Shown here in pieces: positions 50,401-61,139 of a stretch of 64,000 bases of DNA. The notes under the pieces were generated by a model that was not told the origin of the DNA, did not search any database, and saw only the letters and a program-made list of their open reading frames with translations. Made by a program: the position numbers and the translations under genes. Numbering within the stretch: position 1 is the first letter of the stretch; every line of letters starts with the position of its first letter. The stretch covers positions 744,001-808,000 of the forward strand of contig NW_026781943.1 of NCBI RefSeq assembly GCF_031769215.1. Direction: 5' to 3'. This DNA is from Ylistrum balloti (taxonomy: Eukaryota).

Positions 50401-53400
50401 TTCCTCAATGTCAGGGAGTGGGTTTATTACAGGAATACTGGGAAACAGCATATCACTTCCTTAATGTCAGGGAGTGGGTTTATTACAGGAATACTGGGAA
50501 ACAGCATATCACTTCTTCCTCAATGTCAGGGAGTGGGTTTATTACAGGAATACTGGGAAACAGCATATCACTTCTTCCTCAATGTCAGGGAGTGGGTTTA
50601 TTACAGGAATACTGGGAAACAGCATATCACTTCCTTAATGTCAGGGAATGGATTTATTTTAGGACAATGAAATTGCATTGGTTAACAAATTGCAATTTTC
50701 TACTATCAGCGATATAGGCAGGCTAATAAACAAACATTGCAGTACTTTACAGCCATTCTTCTTTTATCAGGCTCTTGTCTATTTAGGAATTGGTACCCAA
50801 CAAGAAGCTAGCCATTACAATCTGTACCCTTCATCAACAATGAATTACACTACTACATGCAGGTTTAATGTAATGGACCATATCCTTTGTCTAAGTGTGG
50901 GACAATAGCTGATTTTTACTTTAAGATACAGAATGTAATTTCAGCTCTAAACACCTCGACTACAGAACATCATCACATAGAAAATATGGTTGGGTTGATA
51001 TGGTTTTATTGGCTGTTGTAACCTACAGACTTTTGATCTCCCCATGCTAATTTTGTAGGCGGAACATTCCTCCTCAGAACCCCTAATGGGAAAATTAGTA
51101 AAGTCTGTTTGTTATTAGGATATTTCTCTTGAAGTAGGGAGCTGGTGTTTTAAGAGTATATAGATAGTCCTCGCAGGTCATCTCAGACAAAGAGTTATAC
51201 TCGTCACTGGTTTTATCTGGTTTTATCGACAGGTACATTTATAACAACGTTCCATTCATATATCAGGGAGTCTACTCCACATCAGGTTCAGAATTCTTCT
51301 TCAACAATTTTCGCAACGGACTGTTTGTCATCATTAAACCATTGTCCCTACTAAGTTATTTTAATTATCATTTTAATGACTGGTACTTATGCCTAACAAA
51401 TAACTAGCTTTGGTTTCCTGTCACTTTAGAAACATTTTATTTGTCTACTTTTAAGACAACCACTGTGAAAGTCATGATCCTCCATAAAATATTCAAAATA
51501 ATGAAATTGTTTACCTACCTACCCTATGTCTTGACAGACATTTAACAGGAAACCAGTATGTTAAATATTCGTCCTAAGTATTACCTAGATTGATCTCAAA
51601 TTAAAAAATATGTACCCGCCTGGTAAAGGCTTTGAGTAATATCTTTTTCGAAGTAGTAATTTTAAATCACAATGTCTAAAGATATAAAGAAATTTCAGAT
51701 TATCAAAAAGCAGAGGTTTTCTGCAAGTACCTAATTTTTGAAATTTAACTACAATTTCAAAATCGCAAAGAACTGAAATTGCAAAATTTGCATGTTGTCT
51801 TTTTGTTGTAAATGCATGAGAAAGGCATCTATAGAGATGACATACCTATATGTACCTGAACACTTTCAAGTCATGAATATTTCTCCAGTTTGATGTAAGA
51901 ATCTACACTGGTACAGCGAAACTTCTCAATATCATGTTCCATTTGTCAGGGAAAATGTGATAATAATAAGAATGTGACATTAACAGTTGAAACATTTTTT
52001 TCTGACATCTTAACCCGAAAGTTAATCTTCAGATCTAAATGCATCTAACCGACTTGTTTCGTACAAAAAATATTTGACGACAATAGAAATTTGATTAGCT
52101 TTTCCCATAAGAGCAGTGATTTTCCTTAACTTTTGTTTGAATATTCTTTCTTTATTCAATGAAACTGACCAAAAAAAAATTACAAAAAAAAAAAAAACTG
52201 CAAAGATATATTGTGGATTTTCACAAAAATTGCACAGAGTCAAAATCTCCCAATATACAGTAAATCAGGGTTTTCTATAAGAGCCGGTCGCCGGCCAATT
52301 TGACCGGCTACTTTGATCATTTGGCCACCTACACCAATCCAGTTCCGTAATAATGTTCCGTACACGACTACACGTACACGGCAGGCCAGCCTCCTACTTT
52401 CACTACACAGCCTACTACTAACAAAATTATGGAAAACCCTGGTAAATAATACTTGTTTATGCCAATGCCAATAGTCTGAAATACAGTATTTTTTGTATCA
52501 GAGAGAGAGTGCTACATACTATAAGACTTTTTCAGTAACAACTTGATATCATAGGTTAACCACTGTGTAACCGGTTTTTGAAATTTCATTTTGTAAATTC
52601 AAGATCGAAAAGTGTTAACATATTTTAATTTACAGTAATATAAAGATTCACCAAGATGCATATCAAATTCAATTTTTGTTGACACTGCTATAAAAATTTA
52701 AAAACATTATTTAGTATTACAGTCGATCAAAGGTTACAATACAATGCTGAAAATGCCTCCTGATTGTCGTGACATGGTCTATGATTTTTGCCATTAGAAA
52801 CATTCCATGTTATTGGTTATATGTAGGTTAAGTGTTTTAAAATAATTTTTCATTGTTTCTTTGATTCATACTACATTGATATCGTGAGTTCTGATACCAT
52901 GTTATTGTACTATATTTGCCGTTTATGTTCCTGTTAATGTTGACAATAAATACAACTGAATGAAACAAATAAGAAAAACCATGAAATAATGTACATCATG
53001 ATGCTCTTCAACAATGTAATCTCATATATCACGCATCACTACAACTTTTCTGTTACAAACCTTGTCAGGATTTTTCACCAGATCAGTATCAGTTGATTTT
53101 CCTCCTGACTAAAGAACACTTACCTTGTTCATCTTGCATGCGTTTGATGTGAGTAAATGCCTCCTCAGCAGCTACAATCAGTCGAGCACGACGTTTACGC
53201 ACTCTGCGGTCATACTCCACCTCCTCGTAGAATCGGTCATTATGACTGGCATCTCGTCGACGAGCTGCTGCAGCAAATATCGCTCTGGACTTCCCCTGAT
53301 TATTTGTTGTGTTCCCATCAACTTCGTAGAACTTAAGTCCCGACATCTTGGAAGGTCGCTTGGCAACCATTTCCAAATAAGGGTTGTAGACAGGGAAGTC

Positions 53401-55609
53401 ACGATAGTATTGTTCCAATACCCAAGCTGCAGCTCTCTGTATGCTTAAGCACCCAATGTTATATGTGCGGCTCTCCCCGTCCGGAGATCGTGTGACTTTG
53501 ATGACAAATTGTGGCTGAAGTTGTCTGATTTCAAGCAAGATGACAGCAATGTAATGAATGAAAAGCAGAGCATCTACAAGTGACACAGAAAACTGTACAA
53601 TCTTGTAATAGTCTGACATCTGCTCCTTAAAGATCCGGACTCCATAGAACAACCAGAATGCAAATGTTAAAACAAATACAAGAAATAAAACTACAGCACG
53701 AAATACAAACACCCGAGGCATCGTCGCCTTCGGTTGACGAAAAAATAAGGCCACTGTTCCAAGTAACAAAATCAGCAGTTTAAACGCACAACTGATTAAG
53801 AGTCCTTCACACTCCGGATCACAAGGCAGCGTCTGCCAGCCGTTGATCTGAAGTTTGGGTAAGATTATCATTGCAATGGGCGACAGGAACCCAGCAATGC
53901 TGAGGACACCTGCCAAGGCTGTGCCAACGTATCGGGCGCAGCCTATCCCGATACTGCTCTCGAAACTCTCCTTGGTATTGAACTTACGGATATCCTCCAT
54001 GGAGAACCCTGTCTCGCTTGTATTACCTGTAAGTAAAACAAAATATCTAGAGACTGACAAAGTACAACCTTGCAACATATCAAAGCTTTTTCATCCCCTG
54101 TTGAACTTCCCTCAAAAGATATAAAAAAAAATTTGTATAGGATCATTTTGCCGCCAATGATATTTTGCAACAAACAATTAGTCTTCAATCACAGTATTTC
54201 TGATTACAATATTACCTCTAGAATCTATGTGTAAATTTAACATTATATCTTTCACACCCTTACCTGTTAAGGCTGGGGCATCCCTCCTTGCATGTGTAGG
54301 CTTTTGCATTATTCCCGTCTTACCTGTGCAGGTTTTAGTGTCCCCCCCCCCATCCTATACCTGTGTAGACTGTTTTGTTATATCCCCAGGCCTTACCTGT
54401 GTAGACTGTTGTGTTATATCTCCAGGCCTTCTCTGTGTAGGCTGTTTTGTTATCTCCACCTTACCTGTGTAGGCTGTTGTGTTATCCCCCACTTACCTGT
54501 GTAGGCTGTTGTGTTATCCCCCACTTACCTGTGTAGGCTGTTGTGTTATCCCCCACTTACCTGTGCAGGCTGTTGTGTTATCCCCCACTTACCTGTGTAG
54601 GCTGTTGTGTTATCCCCCACTTACCTGTGTAGGCTGTTGTGTTATCCCCCACTTACCTGTGTAGGCTGTTGTGTTATCCCCCACTTACCTGTGTAGGCTG
54701 TTATGTTATCCCCCCTACCTAGTTGGTTGTTGTGTTATCCCCCACTTACCTGTGTAGGCTGTTGTGTTATCCCCCACTTACCTGTGTAGGCTGTTGTGTT
54801 ATCCCCCACTTACCTGTGTAGGCTGTTATGTTATCCCCCCTACCTAGTTGGTTGTTGTGTTATCCCCCACTTACCTGTGTAGGCTGTTGTGTTACCCCCC
54901 CTTACCTAGTTGGTTGTTGTGTTATCCCCCACTTACCTGTGTAGGCTGTTGTGTTACCCCCCCTTACCTAGTTGGTTGTTGTGTTATCCCCCACTTACCT
55001 GTGTAGGCTGTTGTGTTACCCCCCCTTACCTAGTTGGTTGTTGTGTTATCCCCCACTTACCTGTGTAGGCTGTTGTGTTACCCCCACTTACCTAGTTGGT
55101 TGTTGTGTTATCCCCCACTTACCTGTGTAGGCTGTTGTGTTACCCCCACTTACCTAGTTGGTTGTTGTGTTATCCCCCACTTACCTGTGTAGGCTGTTGT
55201 GTTACCCCCACTTACCTAGTTGGTTGTTGTGTTATCCCCCACTTACCTGTGTAGGCTGTTGTGTTACCCCCCCTTACCTAGTTGGTTGTTGTGTTATCCC
55301 CCACTTACCTGTGTAGGCTGTTGTGTTATCCCCCCAGTTATCATCCTGTGGAAGTATCTGAACCTCTATCCTCTCCTCCCCTGATGGTCTGTCCTCACAC
55401 TCCGACATGTTTCCTGGCATCTTAATGGTCACAGAACGATCATCCCGGTCCCTGTCTCGGTCCCGTTCCCTGTTCATGCCACTCCGTTCAGAGCCACGGC
55501 TGCTGTGCCTCCCCACATGGTGCCGATGGTGATGTCTACTTCCATGACTGTGCCTTGACCGTTCAGATCGGTCACTACGTCCAGACCGTACAGATTCTGC
55601 CCCGTCCAT
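47464..55609 (-). CDS. VANGL: Vang-like protein / strabismus (planar cell polarity), 543 aa. Coding exons (-): 55609-55309, 54026-53124, 47891-47464
   Basis: Phase-1 GT-AG introns, total 1632 nt. Motifs IEVQILPQDDNWG, four hydrophobic TM segments, LEIRQLQP, RSPDGESRTY, SIQRAA.WVLEQYY.DFPVYNPY, AAARRRD.SHN.RFYEE, VRKRRARL..AAEEAFTHIKR, AIF-like AVFPSMARALQKYLR.TRQQ and the C-terminal PDZ-binding ETSV. Confidence 0.98.
49590..50650. repeat. 59-bp minisatellite, ~18 copies, with a degenerate block at ~50145-50255, in the last VANGL intron
   Basis: Unit AATGTCAGGGAGTGGGTTTATTACAGGAATACTGGGAAACAGCATATCACTTCTTCCTC; it explains the repetitive ORFs 49470-50717. Confidence 0.95.
52266..52441 (-). mobile_element. 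Second copy (inverted) of the 176-bp MITE at 11019, with a 6-bp TSD
   Basis: Its reverse complement aligns end to end with 11019-11194 at over 90% identity by eye; GTAAAT flanks both sides (52260-52265 and 52442-52447). Confidence 0.9.
54258..55335 (-). repeat. Minisatellite of 31-32-bp units made of the VANGL exon 3' end plus its splice donor; ~28 homogeneous and ~5 degenerate copies
   Basis: Unit on the - strand: TGGGGGATAACACAACAGCCTACACAG|GTAAG. The first copy is the real exon end (55309). Confidence 0.95.
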
Positions 55610-56829
55610 TCTTTGATACTGGCTTGGTCTGCGGGGCCAGTGGTCAAGAGGCCAATAGAACTCACCCTGCAATATATAAAGTGTTTTCCTCAGTCAAAAT
55701 AAAGTGTAAGTACTGAATTCTTTTTGAAAATTGAAGACCAAAAGCAAAAAACACTAAGGATAGATTTTTTGTAACCTCTTTATCATAAAAATTACTACAA
55801 AGATATCAACCAAAAGTGCAAGTCACTTTTAATGAATTTACTTTTTGAGTTAATTCACAGAAAGACAGACTGCTTGTAGCTTGATTCGTTGTTAATTTAC
55901 AACTAATATTCCAAATCTAGATCTTAAACTTACAAACTGTATTTATGACATTAGCATTGCCCTTTTCAATTTTGAAAGACAACATCTGCTAGAAAAATTA
56001 ATTCAAAACTTAGAATATGCCATGATATTTTTTCCTTTCTTTTTTAACCAAAAAAACCTAACATCTTAAACTTACAAACTGTGACATGCAAGTGATACCT
56101 TTCACTGTAATTTGTTTACATCCTTTCCTTTGTCACTGACAACTCTAACTAACAGGGAAACAAAGCTGTCAACCCTTGTAACTTCCCTTCTACCCAGTCT
56201 TCAAAGGGAGGCATTGTGTATATTTTAACACTATGGTGTGTGGCAGACTAGCAGAGGTGTCAAAACATTGGCCCAGGGCAAAGTCAGGGCAGAAACCACT
56301 CTACATGGTTTTCCCTGTCAGATAATTATTGTAAATCTCTACACCAGATAATTATTCTCCAAATGACTTTAATCTAAATGCTAACATTACAGCTTTTATA
56401 GAAACTGGTACAATTAACACCTCCAGGCTACTTGCTTTCTATATTTATTTATAACTGTAGGGTTTTATATTGATAAAATAATAATATACCATTCAGGGCT
56501 CATGTTATAATTTCAGTTGAAATGTGTTCTATAAACACAGATACCATTGAATATATATACCTGTCTGACCTAGTAAAAACATGCACTTTATGGGGTTGTG
56601 TAATTATTTACACAGATTACAACCAGTACAGAAGTATATAGAAAATATTTCTATAATGTATTTTTACTAGATACTATTGAATACTATTTGCAATGCAATT
56701 TAAAAAATACATTGAAATCAGCTACAATGAATACTAGTATATATATATATATATATGTATCAATTCATTAATCAATGCACCTTTTGGTTTGTTTAATGTT
56801 ATTTCCTTTTTGATCCCTGTGTGCATTAC

Positions 56830-56935
56830 CGTTTGATGGCTCTAATGACCCTTTATGTGTTGACGGGCCGTTAAGAATGTAATAATAATAATAATAATAT
56901 AATATGATGATAATAATAAAATAATAATATCAATA
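56830..56935 (+). mobile_element. 3' end of a SINE-like element with an (AAT)n tail
   Basis: CTCTAATGACCCTTTATGTGTTGACGGGCCGTTAAG followed by (AAT)n resembles the GACCCTG.CTGTTAATAGGA.GTTA tail of the 8505 fragment. Confidence 0.45.
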
Positions 56936-58739
56936 AATGCAGTATACAATTTATCCTGTCAATATCTAGATCTGATTACAATGAAAGTAACATTTATAAT
57001 TTATAATGTAGGATTAATATTACTGTTTAGACAGCTACATCAAACATTAACTTTACCAAACAGTTATACCTGTGTATACAAACTAAGTTAAAAAAAAACC
57101 CACAATAGCAGTAAATAACTCATGATAAACATGTGTACATTACCTAAGCAGACAGCCCCTTCCCTTGAAATGCTTCATACCACTTTCCTACATATCTATA
57201 TATTAGTAAAATGGCACTCTTATACTATACATGTTTATATATCTTTATACAACAATGATACAGATGGGCCCTCTTCATCCCCTGCCCCTCCAACTGGTTA
57301 CATACTTTGCCCTAGATGAAGCTTGGTAAACATACAGTGCCCCTGCTCACAAATCAATGTTATCTTTCCCCTTGTCCTTTTCTAGCTCCATATGTTTTAT
57401 CTTCCTTCCCTGTAAAACACTGGCAGCTTTACATACCTATACCCGAAGTCTAAATGTCACTATTGTTACACCTCACTGCCTCAGCTATTACTAGGCCCAA
57501 TGAACACCTGTTATGTATATACAGATACCACAACTCCTTGTGCCCCAACGTTTACATACCACACCTGGCACCCACTGTCTTTGTACAGATCAGCCTGATA
57601 ATCATGTTACCATCTTTAAGAGCTTTTAAACCTTCTTTTGTTCCTAAAACACTGCTGGTTTACTGAACCATTGATAATGTATAGAGTGCTGTCTCTACTT
57701 ACACCTCCGAGTCTTCAAATGATTTATCCTACGTTGTTTTACAGGTCAATTTTATTCTGGTGTCAACTTTTTGTTTGTCTGGGTCTTTTTTCTTTTGAAA
57801 ACTTTAATCATTTAATGCACATCAAAGATATTTAATCAACATTGATTCTTTATGTATCAGTTTAACTTCCTTTTTCTATAAATATACTGTATTTATATAC
57901 ATAATAACTAGGGTGAACTAAATTTGTATTTCTCTTTGGATTTTTTACATATTATTATCATTCATGAATCTGCAGCATATCAATTAAAAAATCCATTGAC
58001 ACATTTTAAATTATAATTTATCATTACGAATCAATCATACGTTCAAACTTTCAAACAAACATGGTGATGTTGTCTACTTGGCTACGACAAAATTCAATTT
58101 ATAATCATCATGTACTTTTATTTTTGTGTCAAAAAATGTCAAGTCTCTAGTATTGTATAGGATATAATTTTCCATGCTCTATTCTTTGAAAAACTTCAAG
58201 CAATCTAGATGCAATCTTTCATGCCATTTTACAATTTGTTTACAAGTCATTTAAAAACCTTCAACTTGAAAATGGATTTTTAACTCAATACATTGTTTCA
58301 AAGCGACTATTATCATTGATCATCTACTGTCAGATCCAGACAATAGCCAGTACATAAGTGGAAAATAACTGAAGGTTAAGATTTGTTTGAGGCGCTTTAT
58401 GTTTTAGTGATGATAATATCTTATACGCCCCTATATCTGAAAATTTAATTGGCAACTTAACCTACAAATAAAGGTCGTAACAATGCTCTACCTGTATGCT
58501 TTTAACATACTTCCCGTAAAAAATTTGGAATTAAATCTTTTGATGTAATAATGAACCAGCAGTATCTTAAAACAGACTTGAAATATATATGTGTGAGTAT
58601 GTGAAAAAGAACAAGACAGTATGTGCTAAAATAATTTTTGATTTTTCAAGTTATTGATTTTGAGAGTTCTTACATAAACTATTCAGGCTGTTTTGTTTAC
58701 TATTTCAGAAATATTTAAATAGTCATTACTATCCAACTG

Positions 58740-59660
58740 ATTTCACCAATGCCCAGCTGCAGAATCTCAACCCGATTCTTGTTTCTTGGCTGTGTCCGTT
58801 CAACCGTATGAAAAGCGCGCGACCCCGACCTCATTTTAAACAAAGCACGTACTGAACTAATTACACCCCACACCCCGGCATCTATTACCGTGCGTCTAAA
58901 ATTGTGGCGGGTTCCGGTTACATCAAAACATATTCCGCCGAAAAAAGCACCACATAACAAGTTTTTGAGTCGAAGATCTAGATACGACATGCGTGTTCGG
59001 TGCTAAGTGCACTGCGAGATGACTCAACACAACATAATACAAATGCGAAATGTCAATGAATATTCCTTTCAACCAATTTTGATTGCATTTCCATCAAGAT
59101 ATCATGAAAATAAACGATACAGGAATATAAAAGGATAACCTTACCGGACAAACTTAACATTCAGTGTCCAAATTATTATAAACGATCGTGAGATATCAAC
59201 AGTTCTTTTTTGAATAACGTAAACTGCAGTGCAGAGACGAGAGCTTTGGTTTAACCGGTAGGCTAGTGGTAAGCACAGATCACACACATACCTACCTTGT
59301 TGGTTCAAACACGTAATAACGCTTTAAAAGTTGTCCCAGATTGACTAATATAGTTCATGTCATTGTCTGCTTCTTTCAAACAATGAACCAATCTCCATTC
59401 TCGCAAAGAAATCTCATTCCGTTCTGTCGTCCATTTTGATTCTCAGCCAAGCTTTGCAATAGCCGTTATGTTTACCGCCCTCCGATGTAAATCTTTGACT
59501 TACCTGCTGTTTGTATCGTTTCCTTCAGCCTATATGCAACTGTTCTAAAATATCCTAGTTAATCACATCACCGAATAATAATTAACTGAACTTATAACTA
59601 CAACTTTTCATCTGGCTTAGCACTTCATTATTATGCATCTAGTAGGGAGGACAAAGGAAT
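58740..59660. promoter_or_regulatory. CpG-rich regulatory/bidirectional promoter region shared by VANGL (-) and the PhyH-family gene (+)
   Basis: Marked CpG enrichment at 58770-59010. Minus-strand donors end candidate VANGL 5'UTR exons at 59504, 59296 and 59145; a plus-strand first exon ends at 59738. Confidence 0.55.
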
Positions 59661-59738
59661 GGCTACTACAGAAATCTATTTCCGGTTGAGATACGGCCAG
59701 GTGCGCCGAGATCAGACTATCTCCACAAACGATCACAG
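59659..59738 (+). other. First (5'UTR) exon of the PhyH-family gene, carrying a 27-codon uORF
   Basis: Donor CAG|GTAAGA at 59738/59739. The ATG at 59659 (GGAATGG) reads MATTEIYFRLRYGQVRRDQTISTNDHR and stops at TAA 61124-61126 after splicing to 61123. Confidence 0.55.
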
Positions 59739-61139
59739 GTAAGATTCCTTTGATCTAACAGGTAGTTTCGCGGTCTCATTAAAGCTGGCATTTTGCTCTT
59801 TAAGATGCCGACAAAAGGATATACTGTCACACCGCTGGGATTTCGTTCAAACTACCAAACCGATATAAACACGACATAAACTGAATTATCAAAGTTTTAC
59901 AAGTATATCACGTGATGGTATATTAGATACGAGGAGGGAAAATATGATAAGAAATACATCATTGAGTTAGATAGATATATGATAGATATCGTTTTAATTT
60001 TTGCAACATAAAACCGACTTACCTGTTAAATACGTTTATTTAAATTTTCTTTTCTCTGGATTCCTACAGTAGAGATAAAGAGATAGAGATAGAGAGATCC
60101 AGGTACTCATAGTTACCTATCAAAACTTAGTACTATCAGGCCTACACATATATAATGTACATATGATATCCTGTCATACGTTCTCTGTTGATTGATTGGT
60201 TTACAAATATATTGAACTTAATTTTTTTATGAATGAAATACGGACTTAGATATATCATGTTTATCAGAAGATCATATAATTATATAAAAGGTCTATTGAC
60301 CATTTTTGTAATAAAATACAATTGATTTCATTTCAAGTGGTCATAACTTACTGGACTCTGTCTACTTTAATGTTATAGTTTTGCATCTTCTTGTATTTTG
60401 GAGCAAGGGTTACTATATACTTGCTACTCCTACTCCAGCAATATCAGAGTTTTACACATCAGGAATTTCTGACAGGTGTACACATCTGTCGAAGCCAGCA
60501 CAAGAACATTAGATAAAGAATCGACAGACCAGTGGCCTCTTACGTTAAAGGAGTAAATTTGTTCCTGTGTTAATCAGCTATGTTATGTAGCTTTGCAACT
60601 CTTTTGGTCTAAAATGTATTTCATTGCAGAATAAATTTGGAAAAACCATTGATATCTAAATGAAAACCAAAAAAAGTATGCTAGTGCATTATCAATACAG
60701 GCCCATCTAGGCCACTGATGTGTCACATGTGCTTAGCAACAACTAGACAATGATATCTAGGCTGTGTATCTCTGTATCAATGACAGTAGACTAAGGGATG
60801 GGTGTGTATGGGGAAGATAACACCCAGGTAAATGTAACATTATCCAGTTCTGAATTAAATGATCTACAGTACATTTAATGTATACCTGTGTTATGTCAGT
60901 CACAGCAGGTGTATGATGGCAGTTTTATTATGATTTCTATGAATTATCTTGATTAAATTTTGTCCCATATAGACAAAAGAAATAAGGAAATTTAAAAAAA
61001 AAAAATTTAATTACACTAACCTTTGGTGTTTAAAAAGAAAATAATAAAACCACAACAAATTTTCAAAATTATTCTTTAATGAAAATAGAAATGTTTTCTA
61101 AACAGTAATTTGAATGTTTCAGATAAATAAATACAAATT

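Noticed and set aside
49470-50717. Several long ORFs (up to 306 aa) in the ORF track
   Set aside because: They are translations of a 59-bp minisatellite (not a multiple of 3) that cycles through the same three peptides, antisense within a VANGL intron.
55610-55666. Open frame upstream of the VANGL ATG, suggesting an N-terminally extended isoform like vertebrate Vangl2-Long
   Set aside because: Each candidate upstream exon (59504, 59296, 59145, 60023) has an in-frame stop within a few codons of the junction and supplies no in-frame ATG.
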